A DNA stretch of 64,000 bases from Eledone cirrhosa (GCA_964016885.1 OZ024740.1:325438001-325502000); one strand, 5' to 3'; shown: positions 13,198 to 26,881, counted from the stretch's first letter. Translations and numbers: made by a program. Notes: a model not told the origin generated them from the sequence alone.

Positions 13198-13807
13198 CTC
13201 TATATGGCTGAATACAATAAACGTAATCTGAGTTTTTCGAATATTAATAATAACATTCGATTCGTTTGTAATTATGCAAACAAGCCTCATTTTTATAGCC
13301 ATGTCTGTAGAATGAACCCTTAATTTTTGCTAATATTTCTGGGTATCATCCTTTCCTCAGTACACCTCACTGTCCACCTGCCAACTGTCAGAACTATTAA
13401 AAATATATGCTATTTTCTAAAATATACTGTGACTGATCGGCCTGATTAGCATATTAGCAGACTAGCTGATCAGTCAGATCTGCACATTAGCAGATCCACT
13501 GATCAGCCAAATTTGCATATAAGCAGACTGGCCAGTCAGTTTCCTGTATACGAGCGATAAATGGACGGCTTTGCCATATTCAAATTTAAAAAAAAAATGT
13601 CGCTCTACATGGATACAATAAATGATACCAAGAAACATTAGTGTCTGTAGTTCTATTTACATGCCAACACAGGAGCAAGAATGAAGAGTTCATTCTACTG
13701 ACATGGCGTTAAAAACGGGGCTTGGTTGCATAATTGCAAACGAATCGAATTTTATTATTAATATTCGAAAAACTCAGATTACATTTATTGTATTCAGCCA
13801 TGTAGAG
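13198..13807. mobile_element. MITE-like non-autonomous DNA element with ~120-bp imperfect terminal inverted repeats
   Basis: ctctatatggctgaatacaataaacgtaatctgagtttttcgaatattaataata... (13198-13320) matches the reverse complement of 13686-13807; no ORF; TSD not clear. Confidence 0.75.
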
Positions 13808-14149
13808 CCTTGTTACACGCTGTGTCCTGCTGAATCTCCCTGAAAATTACGCTAAGAATATACGTGTCTGGGGAACTTGCACATAAATTTCTTGAGCAGC
13901 CTGTTTCGTTGATCAAATAACTAAAAAACCTTTCGTCGGAACCGACGGCGTTCCACGAATGTGTGAATTTGTGTGCGTGTGTGTGTGTGTATGCATGTGT
14001 GTATGTATGCATGTGTGTGTGTATGTTTATGTGTATGTGTGTCTGTGTGTCTGTGTTTGTGTGTGTCTGTCTGTGTTTGTGTGTGTGTGTGTGTAAGCTT
14101 TTGTGTGTATAAACATATATATAAATATATCGGAAATGTGAAAGATACG

Positions 14150-15400
14150 TAATTGTAAAACCAGAAACACTAAATTTTGCAATAACAGGACAATCTGAAA
14201 ATATGCACTAATTATATAACTGGTATGAAGAAAATCCTTGACCTTGTTACGACATTTTGAAAGATTTAGGGATGGAGTTTGATCAGGATAAACTTTCGTA
14301 CATGACTGACTGTAAAGTGATGGAAATTTACAAGGCGGTTTAGCAACATCTCTCTCAGTGGTCTGACTGTTCCATTGGAGTCTGATGAGGAATTTTATAA
14401 ATATTCAAGGATTGATAAAAAATATATCCTATGATGGAATTTGTAACAAGCTCCGAGTAACCAGGAAATATAACATCTTAATAAGCAAAATAAGGTCTTC
14501 GTAACTCTCTGCCTACAATAAATTATGTGACTCACGTTTGCTGTACTTGGACTAATAGTAATATTTGGATTACGTGATTAGATCCGAGTTATTGATGTTA
14601 AAATCCAAGAAATTCTAACTGACACTGCAAATTTCCACATCAACAGCGACATAGACCGTATCTACCTAAATCGTAAACGGGAAGGTAGAGGTAACTTAAG
14701 GCAGATAATATCATAAGAGTGAGGAAGGCGCTTTTTAAGAAATACTCTATAAATGGTGACCAAAAACATGCATCAATATTAGTTGCAATGAATCAATGGA
14801 TGAAAGGCTGTATACATATCATTAGAAAGTCATGCATGGCTTTGTTGTCAGAAAACCACGAAAACTAAATCAGCCTATCTAGGACCAACAACCGGTATAT
14901 TAGCTCCCACTTTGAATTTGTACCTGTGATCATTGGAGCACTTGAGTATGTTACTAACTGCATCAGCACAAATCTTTAAACGCGGAGTTTCACAGAACCA
15001 GAAAGAACATGGTTAATTAGTAAATTACAAGTACAGTCTATTAATGGAACTGTAAAAATATGTAAAACATTCCAGACGTTTAGCATGTAATATCTGCATA
15101 TACTCACAATAGACGTAAAAATAGATGTATGTATGAACCTATAACTCAAAACATACAGATCTCCACACGCAATGACATCCATACCCTCACACACACACAA
15201 ATACATACAGACATACATAATTACTTAGTTGATTCTGTCTAAATTCCAATGAAAGAGTCTTGTTTCTGTGTTACAAACCGACTCTCTCTCGCTCTCTCTT
15301 TCTTTCTTTCTTTCTCTCTTGCTTTCTTTCTCTTTCTGTCTCTGTCTCACTTTCTCTCTCTCTCTCTATTGCTGAGAATTAAAAAAATATAAAACCAGAC
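14150..15400 (+). mobile_element. Degenerate, internally deleted R4/Dong-type (REL) LINE
   Basis: Remnant peptides KDLGMEFDQDK, NFHINSDIDRIYLNRKREGRG and VPVIIGALEYV...KLQVQSINGTVKICKTF; 3' part similar to 24335-24890. Confidence 0.7.
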
Positions 15401-16076
15401 AAATACATACATACACATATACTAAAATGCATACATACACATATACTAAAGTAAAAATTCTTAAAGAAAGTTTTAATATAAAATAATAATGACCTTGTAC
15501 GAAATTAGCAACTATTCTGTGTATCGTGCTCGGTTGCTATTTCTAGAGAGGGCGATGCAAGAAAATGGCGACTAAATTAAAAGCAGACGACAAGATGGCG
15601 TCTGTTTGAGTTGTCAAGACTTTCAGAGAAATGTATTTACTTTGGCTGCGTCGAAAACAATACTTCATCAGTATCAAGGCGTTGCGTTCTCCTAAAGCTA
15701 CACCACATTTGCTAATCATTAAAACGTTCTATACAGTTTGTGGCAGACAATCAGTCATATTTAGATAAGTAACGTTAAGACATCGCAATAGGATTCATAC
15801 TGGCTTCGCTATCTATTTATAGTTTTATATTTGAGATATGTTGGATATGTAAATGGATAAATTAACCACGGATCAATTCATAGGTTGTAAGTTCGTTCTC
15901 TGTTCTTGATCATAATCTTGACTCGTTGAGTAAATTCTTGTGTTCTTTTATTCTTTTATTTTTTTTATCATTTTACTTGTCTCGATCACTAGACTGACTG
16001 GAGGAGTGCTTTGATGAGACTTAGTCGATCATATTGATACCCGTGCTTATTTTTTTAGGTCTGAGACTTATTCCAT

Positions 16077-16165
<89 letters not shown>

Positions 16166-16666
16166 ATATTTGTGTGTTTATATTTGTGTCTGTGTCTGTG
16201 TGTATGTCCAGAAACTTGGCGGTTCGACAAAAACGGATTCATAAAAATATGCAATAGGGTCAATACCATGAACTTTAAGTTGTTGCTAAAACATAGTCAC
16301 AGTCAAATAACTGAAACCTGTAAAACGATTTTTTTAAATGAAAGAATGTGTATCTGTATAGCTCAGATGTAAATAAATACGGCGTCACTAGTATGTCTCG
16401 TTCTAATCTCTTTGGGACACCAATGTCTCAAGAAATATTTATTTTAGCGTCGTTGTTGTCAACTGGGACTCTATTCTTCCTTTACACCCTCATAGTTGCT
16501 TAAATATGTTCCTTACAGTGTATGTAGTTGGGTTATTAGATTCTGGAATTATAGTATGTACAAATATTGCTTGAATACATATTTTTACGTATATCTATCT
16601 ATCTGTCTATTTATCTTCTTTCTCTATTTCTTTATTTCTCTATCTACCATACTGCTTTTCCTTTAC

Positions 16667-16712
<46 letters not shown>

Positions 16713-16749
16713 TACATACATACCTATAAATATATATACATATATATAC

Positions 16750-16838
<89 letters not shown>

Positions 16839-16862
16839 TATATAAATACGAAAATATGTATG

Positions 16863-16923
<61 letters not shown>

Positions 16924-17237
16924 AAGTAGAAAGATAGATAAATAGAGAGAGAGAGATAGATATTCAAAAATCGCAACATGTTATTGAATATATTTATGAA
17001 GATGTATTCTACAGGTGTGCTGTGTCAGCATAAATTCTAACTAATCACTGTCAATTCTGTTACCATGGAGATACAAGTGCCCTTACTTGGAATCCGCTTT
17101 TCAAATATTTTGTAAAGAAAATTTTCTTCTTCAGAAAATTCTAGGACAGTTTTAGTTCAAAGTAAATAAGTAGCATTGATTATGGAATAAAACATATAAT
17201 CACATTCTCTGCCTGGACTCTGTGTGAACGTGTATGT

Positions 17238-17306
<69 letters not shown>

Positions 17307-17779
17307 TGTGCGTGTGTGTGTGTGTGTGCGTGTGTGTGTGTATTTGAGTGTTTTTATGAAGGAGAGGGGAGAGATTGAGAGAAAGAAAGAGTATGATCAA
17401 GTGTGAATGATTCTTTATTATGGTTAGGTGATGAGTCTTGTTACTCTGGAGTTTCACCTGTGTTACTCACAGGACTACTTCGGTATTGACTACTCAGGGT
17501 CATGTTCATCAACATCACTCACAAGTATATATATTTATTTATTATTTTCGTACACGTGCGCACCTATATATATATCTGTGTTAACTGCCGAATGTATTTT
17601 AATTTTGTTTTAATTTTGTTTTAATTTTAATTCTGATTTTGATTTTGAATTTGAATTGCTATACATAAATAATATAGTATAATATATGTCACTACACTGT
17701 ACATCAATATATATATATATGTATCTGTATGTCTCTTGCGTTGGAAAGGAGGTCAATTATGTGTACAAACATTGAAAAA

Positions 17780-17826
17780 TGGTCCGAAGACTCCAAGCCT
17801 AGGTTTGGATGAAACAATTGTAAGTG
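17780..17826 (+). ncRNA. Degenerate hammerhead motif (CCGAAGA core)
   Basis: CCGAAGA-c-tccaa(gcctaggt)ttgga-t-GAAA-caattg-TA; stem I no longer pairs. Confidence 0.5.
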
Positions 17827-17865
17827 AATAAATGCTTTGAACATAGCTTTGATTCTTGTGAATTC

Positions 17866-17898
<33 letters not shown>

Positions 17899-18489
17899 GA
17901 GATGTATATATATATATATATGTGGGGGGGGTGCTTTTGAGCGTGAGTTTGCGTGCAGGCGGTAAAAATATTCGTGAAAAAGAAAAAAGGAAAAAAGTGT
18001 TCAATCTAATACAAGAGAGATTATTTATTATTTAATATTTCATGATGATTCAGCAAGTATTGCACTACCTTAGATTTCAAAAGCTGGGTATGACCACAAC
18101 TACAGGCTGTCATAGTGGTGCTGCATGCATAAATACCAGTATAAGGCATTAGACCTCCGTTATCAGGAACAGTTAAAATCTTTGAAAGAGGCTCCGTTAT
18201 TAAGTTTCAAGTGGACATGAGTTGTAACACAGAAAACTTTGTTTATTTATTTTTAAAGAGAGGCAACTCTTGTTTAAATGAGGATTGCTGTGCTGTGTGT
18301 ATACTTGTGTGTCTGTGTGTTCAGTTTTGGAAGTTTAGTGTATATTATGGAAGAGAGCTATAGATATGCATGTAGAAAAGGGTAAATTTAATGTAATTAT
18401 ATCAGATGTGGTATGTGGTTGTGGCTGCTTTGCACAGAAAGAGTATAAGCATCGCCCTGGTTGTTTAACTAGGTCTTTGCACTGAAACA

Positions 18490-18960
18490 TCTTCCGACAA
18501 CAAATGAATGACAAATGATATCAACACCAAGTATAATTTGTTGTTGAGAATGACAGGTTCAAGGTTCTTTGAGATTTCACAATCTAGACAAACCATTAAA
18601 TACAAACTAGAAAACTTGGCATAAGTTACAATAGACAAAATCGAACATCCAAAGAATGTACAATTGTTGACAGAGCCAGTCCTGCTGACACAAACATGAC
18701 CAACAAAGAACCGATAAAGATTGAAAATTACTAGGATTTTACTAGGAAGATAATAATATTGTGGAAAGTCTCCGCTCTCCGTTAAATTAACCATCATTGT
18801 TATTGGTGTGTTAGGAACTGTTGCCAACAGAATAGAAAGATTCCTGATAGGCGTAGGAGTAACAACAAAAGTAACATTGATCCAAAAGTCTGCCTTACTG
18901 AGTATAACAAGAATAAGCAGAAAGGTCCTTGAATCTAAGGAAACTAGTTGTGACCTGCCC
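18490..18960 (+). mobile_element. 3' fragment of an R4/Dong-type LINE (REL endonuclease region), degenerate
   Basis: Remnants VVENDRFKVL*DFTI and IIVIGVLGTVANRIERFL...LIQKSALLSITRISRKVLES*. Confidence 0.7.
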
Positions 18961-19022
18961 GGAAAGGATTGAACTCACAACGTAAATGGTGAAAGATTTG
19001 ATTAGTGGAAGGAGAAAATAAT

Positions 19023-19449
19023 CGTTTCTTATATAGGCACAATGCCAGAAATATTTTTTTTTTGGGGGGGGGGGGAGTAGATTAAATCGACCCCAGTACG
19101 TTACTGCTGCTTTATTTTATCGACTCCGTAAAGATGAAAGTCAAAATTAACCTCGGCGGGTTTTGAATTCAGACAGTAAAGGACCGTAACTGTATGCTGC
19201 AAAACATGGCGTCCGACCCTCTACCGATACTGCCAATCCACCGCCCTCAGAAGGAGAAAATAATTGTTTCTACTTTTGGCACAAGGCCAGCAATTATCCC
19301 AGAGTATTACTGATACTTTATTTTATCGACCCCGTAAGGATGAAAGGCAAAGTCAACCTCGGCGGGATTTGAACTCAGATCGTAAAGGGACGTAACTATG
19401 CTGGAAAGCATGGCGTCCGACCCTCTACCGATACTGCCAATCCACCTCA
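19023..19449 (-). mobile_element. Two tandem tRNA-derived SINE copies
   Basis: A-box-like tggcagtatcggtag and B box g(a)gttcaaatccc on the minus strand; flanked and separated by the 15-mer gaaggagaaaataat. Confidence 0.85.
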
Positions 19450-19796
19450 GAAGGAGAAAATAATGCTAGGTCAATTTATCCGAGAAATCAGTGAGTGTGT
19501 TAATAAGATTAACACAAGGGAGTGGATGAGAAAACGTGACTTAAAGGTTGAGGCGGAATCTTTAATCTGCGCTGCACAGTAGCAATCCTCGAGGACAAAT
19601 TATGTCAAGTACCGTGTTGATAAAACTAGTAATTCCCATTTGTGTAGGATATGTGGAGATAAAGAAGATACTATAAGCTGCAGAGTAAGTGAATGCTCCA
19701 TACTTGCTCAAAGAGAATATGAGAAGTCATGACAACATAGCACATATTTACTGGAGGCTTTGTGAGAAGCTTCGCCTTGAGATAGCTAATGAATAA

Positions 19797-21446
19797 CACC
19801 GTGTAACAAAAAGATTTTTTTTCTCTGTTCCTGGCTTGTAATCACTTTTTTGTGTTGCTTAGGTCCCAAATAAATTTAAAAAAGTGCTATTAAACAGTTA
19901 AAAGTTTGAGTTTGTAAAAATTCTAAGCTATTCACTAGAATTATTTGTATGCTGGATTTTACGTTGTATGTAAGTTTAATTTGCTTATGTTAAATGATTT
20001 TTTTATATATGTTTTAGGTTAAATTAAAATTATAAAATAAAGAGTAATACCTAAAGAAAATTATAAAAGTGCAATAAAGTATAAAATTGTTAAAAAGTGG
20101 ATTAGAGAGATTTATTGATACTGGATTTTCGCACCCTGAATAAAGGGTAAGTTGTGTTTTAAGCATTCGTCTCCAGGATGAAGCAGTGGAACTTGGTCAA
20201 GGAGGAAGTGCAGGTGACAAGTCAGAGAAGTCGACACAAACCTTTCTCTTCTGCCATGACGTGCCTGGACTGTTTGACGTTATTGGGGTGCCGTTTGTGC
20301 CCAAGGAGTGGCGGCTATTTATAGACAGCTCCACCACAAGTTTGAAAGCTGTCCTCCTCCACAATGGAAACAAGTTCTCGACACTGCCCCTAGCTCATTC
20401 AGTCTGCTTGAAGGAAGATTACTACAGTGTGAAAGTCCTCTTGGAAGCTCTGCAATGCAACCAGTACAATTGGGAAATCATTGGAGACTTCAAGATGGTG
20501 GCTTTCCTGCTTGGACTCCAAGGAGGCTTTATCAAATTCCAATGCTTCCTCTGCCTTTGGGACAGCAGAGCCACCTCTGACTACTACAAAAGAAAGAACT
20601 GGGAGCAGCGAACAGAATTTGTAGCTGGGAACCACTGGTTGATCCCAGGATTGTGCTCATGCCGCCACTGCACATTAAGTTGGGGTTGATGAAGCAGTTT
20701 GTGAAGGCTCTCAACCAAGAATCAGCCGCTTTTAAGTACCTTCTTGAGTTCTTCCCCAAGTTATTTGAGGCAAAATCAAAGGTGGAATTTTTGTTGGACC
20801 TCAGATAAAGAAGGTGTTTGAGTCTACTGAGTTCTCCAATAAGCTCAATAGGATTGAGATAACAGCAAGGCAGTTGTTAAGGGCTTCCTGGGCAACTACA
20901 GAGCTGGAAACTACCAGCAACTGGTGCAGGATCTGATAAAGGCTTTTGGCGCCATGGGATGCAGGATGTCGCTTAAACTCCATATGCTGGACACTCACCT
21001 GGAAAAATTCAAGGACAATATGGGCGCCTACTCAGAAGAACAAGGCGAACGATTCCACCAAGATGTGAAAGAGATAGAGCGGAAGTACCAGGGCCACTAC
21101 AATGAAAAAATGATGGGGGACTATATCTGGGGGCTAGTGCGGGAATGCGACCTGGACTACTACCGCAAATCCAGGAAATCCAGTCATTTCTGACGTGTAT
21201 AAATTGTTTTATAAGTGTTATTTGTTTTTACTTGTTTGCTTTTGATAAGCTTGTGTAATAAAATAAATATATACTCTGTTGATTTAATTATATGAACTGA
21301 TAAATTTTTTTTTTAAATGTGTTTTTTCTTGAAAAATATGAAAATTTCGAAATATCAAACTTCTGACCACAAACCCAAACTTCTGGGGATATAACAAACC
21401 AAGAAATGACACTTAGAACCGGGGAACAAAACTATGTTACACGGTG
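19797..21446 (+). mobile_element. Chapaev3-like (CMC superfamily) DNA transposon, both termini intact, internally decayed
   Basis: 12-bp perfect TIR CACCGTGTAACA/TGTTACACGGTG; TAA duplication at 19794-19796 and 21447-21449; transposase remnant inside. Confidence 0.8.
20186..21193 (+). pseudogene. Frameshifted Chapaev-type DDE transposase (C-terminal half)
   Basis: EWRLFIDSS...LKAVLLHNGN, IIGDFKMV..LLGLQGGF, CFLCLWDSRA, PPLHIKLGLMKQFVKAL and MSLKLHMLDTHL...SEEQGERFHQD, spread over shifted frames. Confidence 0.85.
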
Positions 21447-21967
21447 TAATATAAACACACCCCAAAGAGTGTCATTGATAACGATGAAGTTAAAATATTG
21501 TAGGATTTTATGAAACGATGAAACAATATAATTGAAGCAAGGAAGCCAGACAGTAATTGTCAACAAGAAAACCAAACATTATATTAAAATAGATTATTGC
21601 AGCTCATGGTGACATCAGAGTGCGTGGAAAAGAAAGGGAGAAAATAAACAAGTATAGGGATCTCAAATGGGAAGTTGCCACATTGTGGCAAACGAAAAGA
21701 GTAGAAATAGTGCGTAGAAATAGTGCGTAGAAGTTGGAGCACTTGGAACGGTATAACGGAAATTATAGGATTGGCTTCAGGGGTTCGGAATAGAAATTTA
21801 AAAAAACATACACACTACAAAAGGCAACCTTGTTAGAAATAGAAAGAATTTTCAGAAAAGTCTTAGACTTAAATTTCAAGGAAACTTTGAAACCTCTGAT
21901 CGTTTATTACGACCAGCTTCCGAAGCTTTAATTCGGTTGAAGATCTTCCAGCGTTCAAAAGATAATA

Positions 21968-22565
21968 ATAATTGTTTCTACTTTAGGCACAAGGCCAGCA
22001 ATTACCCAGTGCATTACTGGTACTATATTTTATCGACCCCGTAAGGATGAAAGGCAACCTCGGCGGGATTTGAACTCAGATCGTAAAGGGACGTAACTAT
22101 GCTGGAAAACATGGCGTCCGACCCTCTACCGATACTGCCAATCCACGATAATAATAATGGTTTCTGATTTAGGCACAGGGCCAACAATTTTTGGGGGAGG
22201 AGAAAGTCGATTAAGTGAATTACTGCTACTTTATTTTATCTACCCCGCAAGGATGAAAGGCAACGCTAACCGTGGCCGGATTTGAACTCAGAACGTAAAG
22301 GGACGAAACTACATGCCACAAAGCATGTTGTCGGGCGGTCTATCCATACTACTAATCCACTAATAATTGTTTCTACTTTTGGCACAAGGCCAGCAATTAC
22401 CCAATGCATTACTGGTACTTCGTTTTATCGACCTCGTAAGGATGAAAGGCAAAGTTAACCTCGGCGGGATTTGAATTCAGAATGGCAAGGGCCGTAACTC
22501 TATGCGTCAAAGCATGGCGTCCGACCCTCTACCGATACTGTCAATCCAGCGCCCCTAATCCACTA
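21968..22565 (-). mobile_element. Three tandem tRNA-derived SINE copies
   Basis: Three repeats of ttgtttcta..ggcacaaggcc...atcgaccccgtaaggatgaaaggcaa...ggatttgaactcaga...ctaccgatactgccaatccac. Confidence 0.85.
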
Positions 22566-23227
22566 ATAATAATGCATATGTGCGTGTGTATAGGGATGTG
22601 CTAGTTATTTATTACCAAGGTTTTATAGTATGCAGACGAATTCAGATGTATATAGACGTATACAGTCGAATGTAAATGTATGTAAAGGAATGGAGAGGAA
22701 TGCAGGCGTATGCAGAAGTGTTGTAATTTCGCTCCTCTTCTTTTCCTTGTTCAATTTTTCTTTGCTCTTCATGGAGCATTAGGCAACTAAAGATCTCCGT
22801 TCTACGGGTCGAAAGCCGTGTCATGGTTCTACTCCCAGGCCAGATTATATCTGCCAAACATTCTTCCACACACCTCAACTAGGTCATAACAGGTCTGTCT
22901 TCGCCCTTTTGGTTTCTAATAATCAATAAAATCAACAGTTTACAAATTTAATCCGACATTTTAAATACTGTTAAATCTGGGGGACATCTAACTCCCACCC
23001 ATTCTCTATCATGTAGGTGGGTAGGGATCCTGAACCAGTTAACGCCGTAATAAGGCAACCAATCTGTTGCCATGGTGATGTGATATTTTATTGTTTGATC
23101 TAGACGATAAGGGATCAACCCAAACCGTCAGCCGGCTTCTTCCCAGCGTTCCAACATTTTTACTGTCGACAAAAGTTAAATGGTGGATAAACATTGTCTT
23201 TATTGTCCAATCTATTATGTCACTCTA

Positions 23228-23745
23228 TGGTGGTGGTGGCGATAGTGGTGAGGAGGGGGGGGGGGGGGGGGGGCTGGTGGTGACGGTGGTAGTGGAATGC
23301 TGATGGTGACGGTGATGATGTTGGTGGGATGCTGGTGGTTGTAGCGGTGGCGGTGGTGGTGCTGGTGTTGATGGGATTCTGGTGGTGTCGGTGATGATTA
23401 TAGTGGGGAGGGTGGGAATGCTGGTGGTGACGGTGATGATGCTGGTGGTGGTGAAGGTGTGTGTGGTGGTGGTGGTGGCCGTGTGGTTGTTATTGTTATA
23501 GTTTGCCTTGTAATTAATGTTATCAATGTCAATGCTGTTGCTTTTGTTGTTTTTGTTTGTATTGTTCTTGATCTTGTTAGAGCTGTGATGGTAATCATAT
23601 TAATTATTAGTGATGACAACTGCGATGATGATGATGATGACTGTGATGATGATGACGATGACGATGATAATGAAGTTGATTATGATAGCAATGGCAGTAG
23701 TAGTAGTAGTAGTGGTGGTGGTGGTGGTGGTGGTGGTGGTGGTGG

Positions 23746-23776
<31 letters not shown>

Positions 23777-23880
23777 GGTGGTGCTGGTGATGGTGGTAGT
23801 AGTAGTAGTAGTAGTGGTGGTGGTGGTGGTGGTGGTGGTAGTAATAGTGATGGTGGTAGTAGTAGTAGTAATAGTAATGT

Positions 23881-23933
<53 letters not shown>

Positions 23934-23946
23934 ATGGTAGTAGTAA

Positions 23947-23995
<49 letters not shown>

Positions 23996-24048
23996 GGTGG
24001 TGGTGGTGGTGGTGGTGGTGGTGGTGGTGGTGGTGGTGGTGGTGGTGG

Positions 24049-24079
<31 letters not shown>

Positions 24080-24081
24080 GA

Positions 24082-24128
<47 letters not shown>

Positions 24129-24150
24129 ATAGTAGTAGTAGTAGTAGTAA

Positions 24151-24184
<34 letters not shown>

Positions 24185-24283
24185 GATAGTAATAGTGATG
24201 GTGGTAGTAGTAGTAGTAGTAGTAATAGTAATGTTAGTAGTAGTAGTAGTAGTAGCAGTAGCAGTAGTAGTAGTAGTAGTAGC

Positions 24284-24334
<51 letters not shown>
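23228..24334. repeat. Compound trinucleotide repeat (GGT/AGT/GAT)n
   Basis: Direct inspection; source of the poly-G/S, poly-V and poly-L/P ORFs. Confidence 0.95.
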
Positions 24335-24335
<1 letters not shown>

Positions 24336-24890
24336 TAATATGGGACAGGGAGAAGAAATCATGCACAGTAGTGGAAATTAGCTGCACAGCAGATGCCAAT
24401 ATAATATCAAAGATTAGTGAAAAGGAGAATATTTATGTAGAACTGATGAGAAATCTGCAGCTACTCCACCCTGATTACACCTTCAGATGTATGCCTGTGA
24501 TTATTGGGGCACGAGGATATGTTAGTAACTGCCTCAATACAAATCTTGAGAAGCTAGGCTTCACAGGAACAGAAAGAACACAACTAGTTAGGAAATTACA
24601 AGTACAATCCATTAATGGAACAGTAAAAATATGTAAAACATTCCAAAAATGTTGCATCTAATAACTGCATATACACATGTACAGATACAAATCATATACA
24701 CATGCACACATACAACTCAAAACATCCACATCCACACATACAATAACATCCATATCTACACATGCATGCAGACATACATACATATCTACCTAGTTGATGT
24801 TGTGTAAATTCCAATGAGAGAGTCTTGTAACTATGTTAGAAACCGACTCTCTCTCTATTGGCAAAACTTTGTGAAATTATAAAACCATAC
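24335..24890 (+). mobile_element. 3' end of a REL-endonuclease LINE (R4/NeSL-like), open to its stop codon, plus 3' UTR
   Basis: IIWDREKKSCTVVEISC.AD...EKENIY..L...MPVIIGARGYV...KICKTF; paralogous to 14920-15400. Confidence 0.8.
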
Positions 24891-25161
24891 ATACAGACAG
24901 ACAGACATAAATACATTCATACTAACATACATATACAAATACATATACATTCGCAAACATAAAGGCCTGCACGTACATATACAGATACCCACTCACGCCT
25001 ACACAGGCATTTAAAAACGAACAACGCACAATCTCACAAACATATACACATATGTATATGTGCGCATGAATATGTATATATTCAGCTGCATACAAGCATA
25101 TATACGCACTTGTCATTGAACTGAAATTATCGAAAGTATATATATGTATGTGAGTGTATGT

Positions 25162-25263
<102 letters not shown>

Positions 25264-25284
25264 CTATGTATGCATACATAGTTA

Positions 25285-25323
<39 letters not shown>

Positions 25324-25361
25324 GCATAACTATATATATATATATACATACAGAGTTATGC

Positions 25362-25396
<35 letters not shown>

Positions 25397-25436
25397 TATA
25401 GTTATGCATATGTGTATATATATATATGCATAACTG

Positions 25437-25473
<37 letters not shown>

Positions 25474-25480
25474 GTATTAC

Positions 25481-25529
<49 letters not shown>

Positions 25530-25540
25530 GCATTACTCTG

Positions 25541-25571
<31 letters not shown>

Positions 25572-25716
25572 TGAGAGAGGGGGGTGGGAGAAAGAGAGAG
25601 AGAGAGAGAGAAACATATACGCATACATGCATACATATTTCTTATGAATATTCATATGTCACTGTCATAGAAATAGAGTCCACTAAGAGTTCATTGATGT
25701 TATATATTTGCATACA

Positions 25717-25790
<74 letters not shown>

Positions 25791-26519
25791 TCTCTCTCTC
25801 TCCCTCCCTCTCTCTCTCTCTCTCTCTCTCATTATATACATGTGTCTCTGTGTGTGTGTATGTTTAATGGCTGTCAACTCACTATCAAGTATGACAACAA
25901 CTTGCATGTCTTCGACTTCTCTTTAAATATGTAGTGTAGAGACTCCCTGTCATGTACCCTCAAGATGACGGTCATACACTTATATGGCTTTGAGTATTTA
26001 TATATGTATGTCTTCGTCTCCAGAACTAACTGTCCCTTTTTGTCACGCATTGCACGACTTAATTGTCGTACATTTAATTCTATATACGTAAGCTTTGTTT
26101 TGTTTTGTTTTCGTCTTAATACTCCAAGGAGTGTATTTGGCTATTTTATCAGACACTGTGACCACGGAGAGGCCAGCAATGCCGTCCGTAACAGTCGAAA
26201 CTCTGTACGGCATTTCATTGGCTGTTGACCACGGAGACTTGCACCTGTTGCCAATATGTCATAGATATATATGATGATAGTTGAATGAAACGGGTAAAGT
26301 AACCATGGTGATGGCAGAAAGGGGACAGAAATGTATCGGAGCGCTTTTTCGGTTGCCAGGGGTCATTTAACACGTTAGCCTCAACTATTGTTATTGTCAT
26401 TTACATCGGTAAGCCGCCATTTCAAATTACAAATTTCTTTCAGTCTCTCCATCTCTCCCTCCTTCTCAACTGTTCTTCGGTCTTATGAGGTTATATTTTA
26501 ACCCGACTTTTGCTATACA

Positions 26520-26740
26520 TAATGATTTCTACTATAGGCATAAGGCCAGCAATTTTGGAGGAGGGGTAATCGATTAAATCGCCCCTAATGCATTACTGGT
26601 GCTTTATTTTATCGACCCTGTAAGGATGAAAGACAAAGTTAACCTCGGCGGAATTGTAACTCAGATCATAAAGGGGCATAACTCTATGATGCAAAGCACG
26701 GCGTCTGACCGTCTACCGATACTGCCAATCCACCGTCCTG
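26520..26740 (-). mobile_element. tRNA-derived SINE copy
   Basis: Full-length match to the family at 42310-42970. Confidence 0.85.
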
Positions 26741-26840
26741 CTATTACTATACATAATAACAGGTACTTTTTTTTCACAGCTACTTCCCTGCTTGAGATTT
26801 TATATGTTATATATATAGGCATATACATATGTGTGTGTGT

Positions 26841-26878
<38 letters not shown>

Positions 26879-26881
<3 letters not shown>

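Larger units (their letters stand above)
18985..21965 (+). mobile_element. R4/Dong-type LINE 3' portion interrupted by two SINEs and a DNA transposon
   Basis: Removing the insertions gives WKEKIMLGQFIREI...WMRKRDLKVEAESLICAAQ, CRICG...EC (zinc knuckle), YKHTPKSVIDNDEVKIL, IEARKPD, EKINKYRDLKWEV, VGALGTV; (TAA)n tail. Confidence 0.8.

Noticed and set aside
14382-14390. CTGATGAG as another hammerhead core
   Set aside because: There is no matching GAAA or stems; it lies in LINE RT remnant sequence.
15562-15600. Pair of YY1-like words (AAAATGGCG, CAAGATGGCG) as a promoter
   Set aside because: These are short motifs with no linked exon or CpG island; insufficient support.
22690-23200. Possible LINE fragments
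   Set aside because: Only a weak KPKGRR-like remnant is visible; too degraded to classify.
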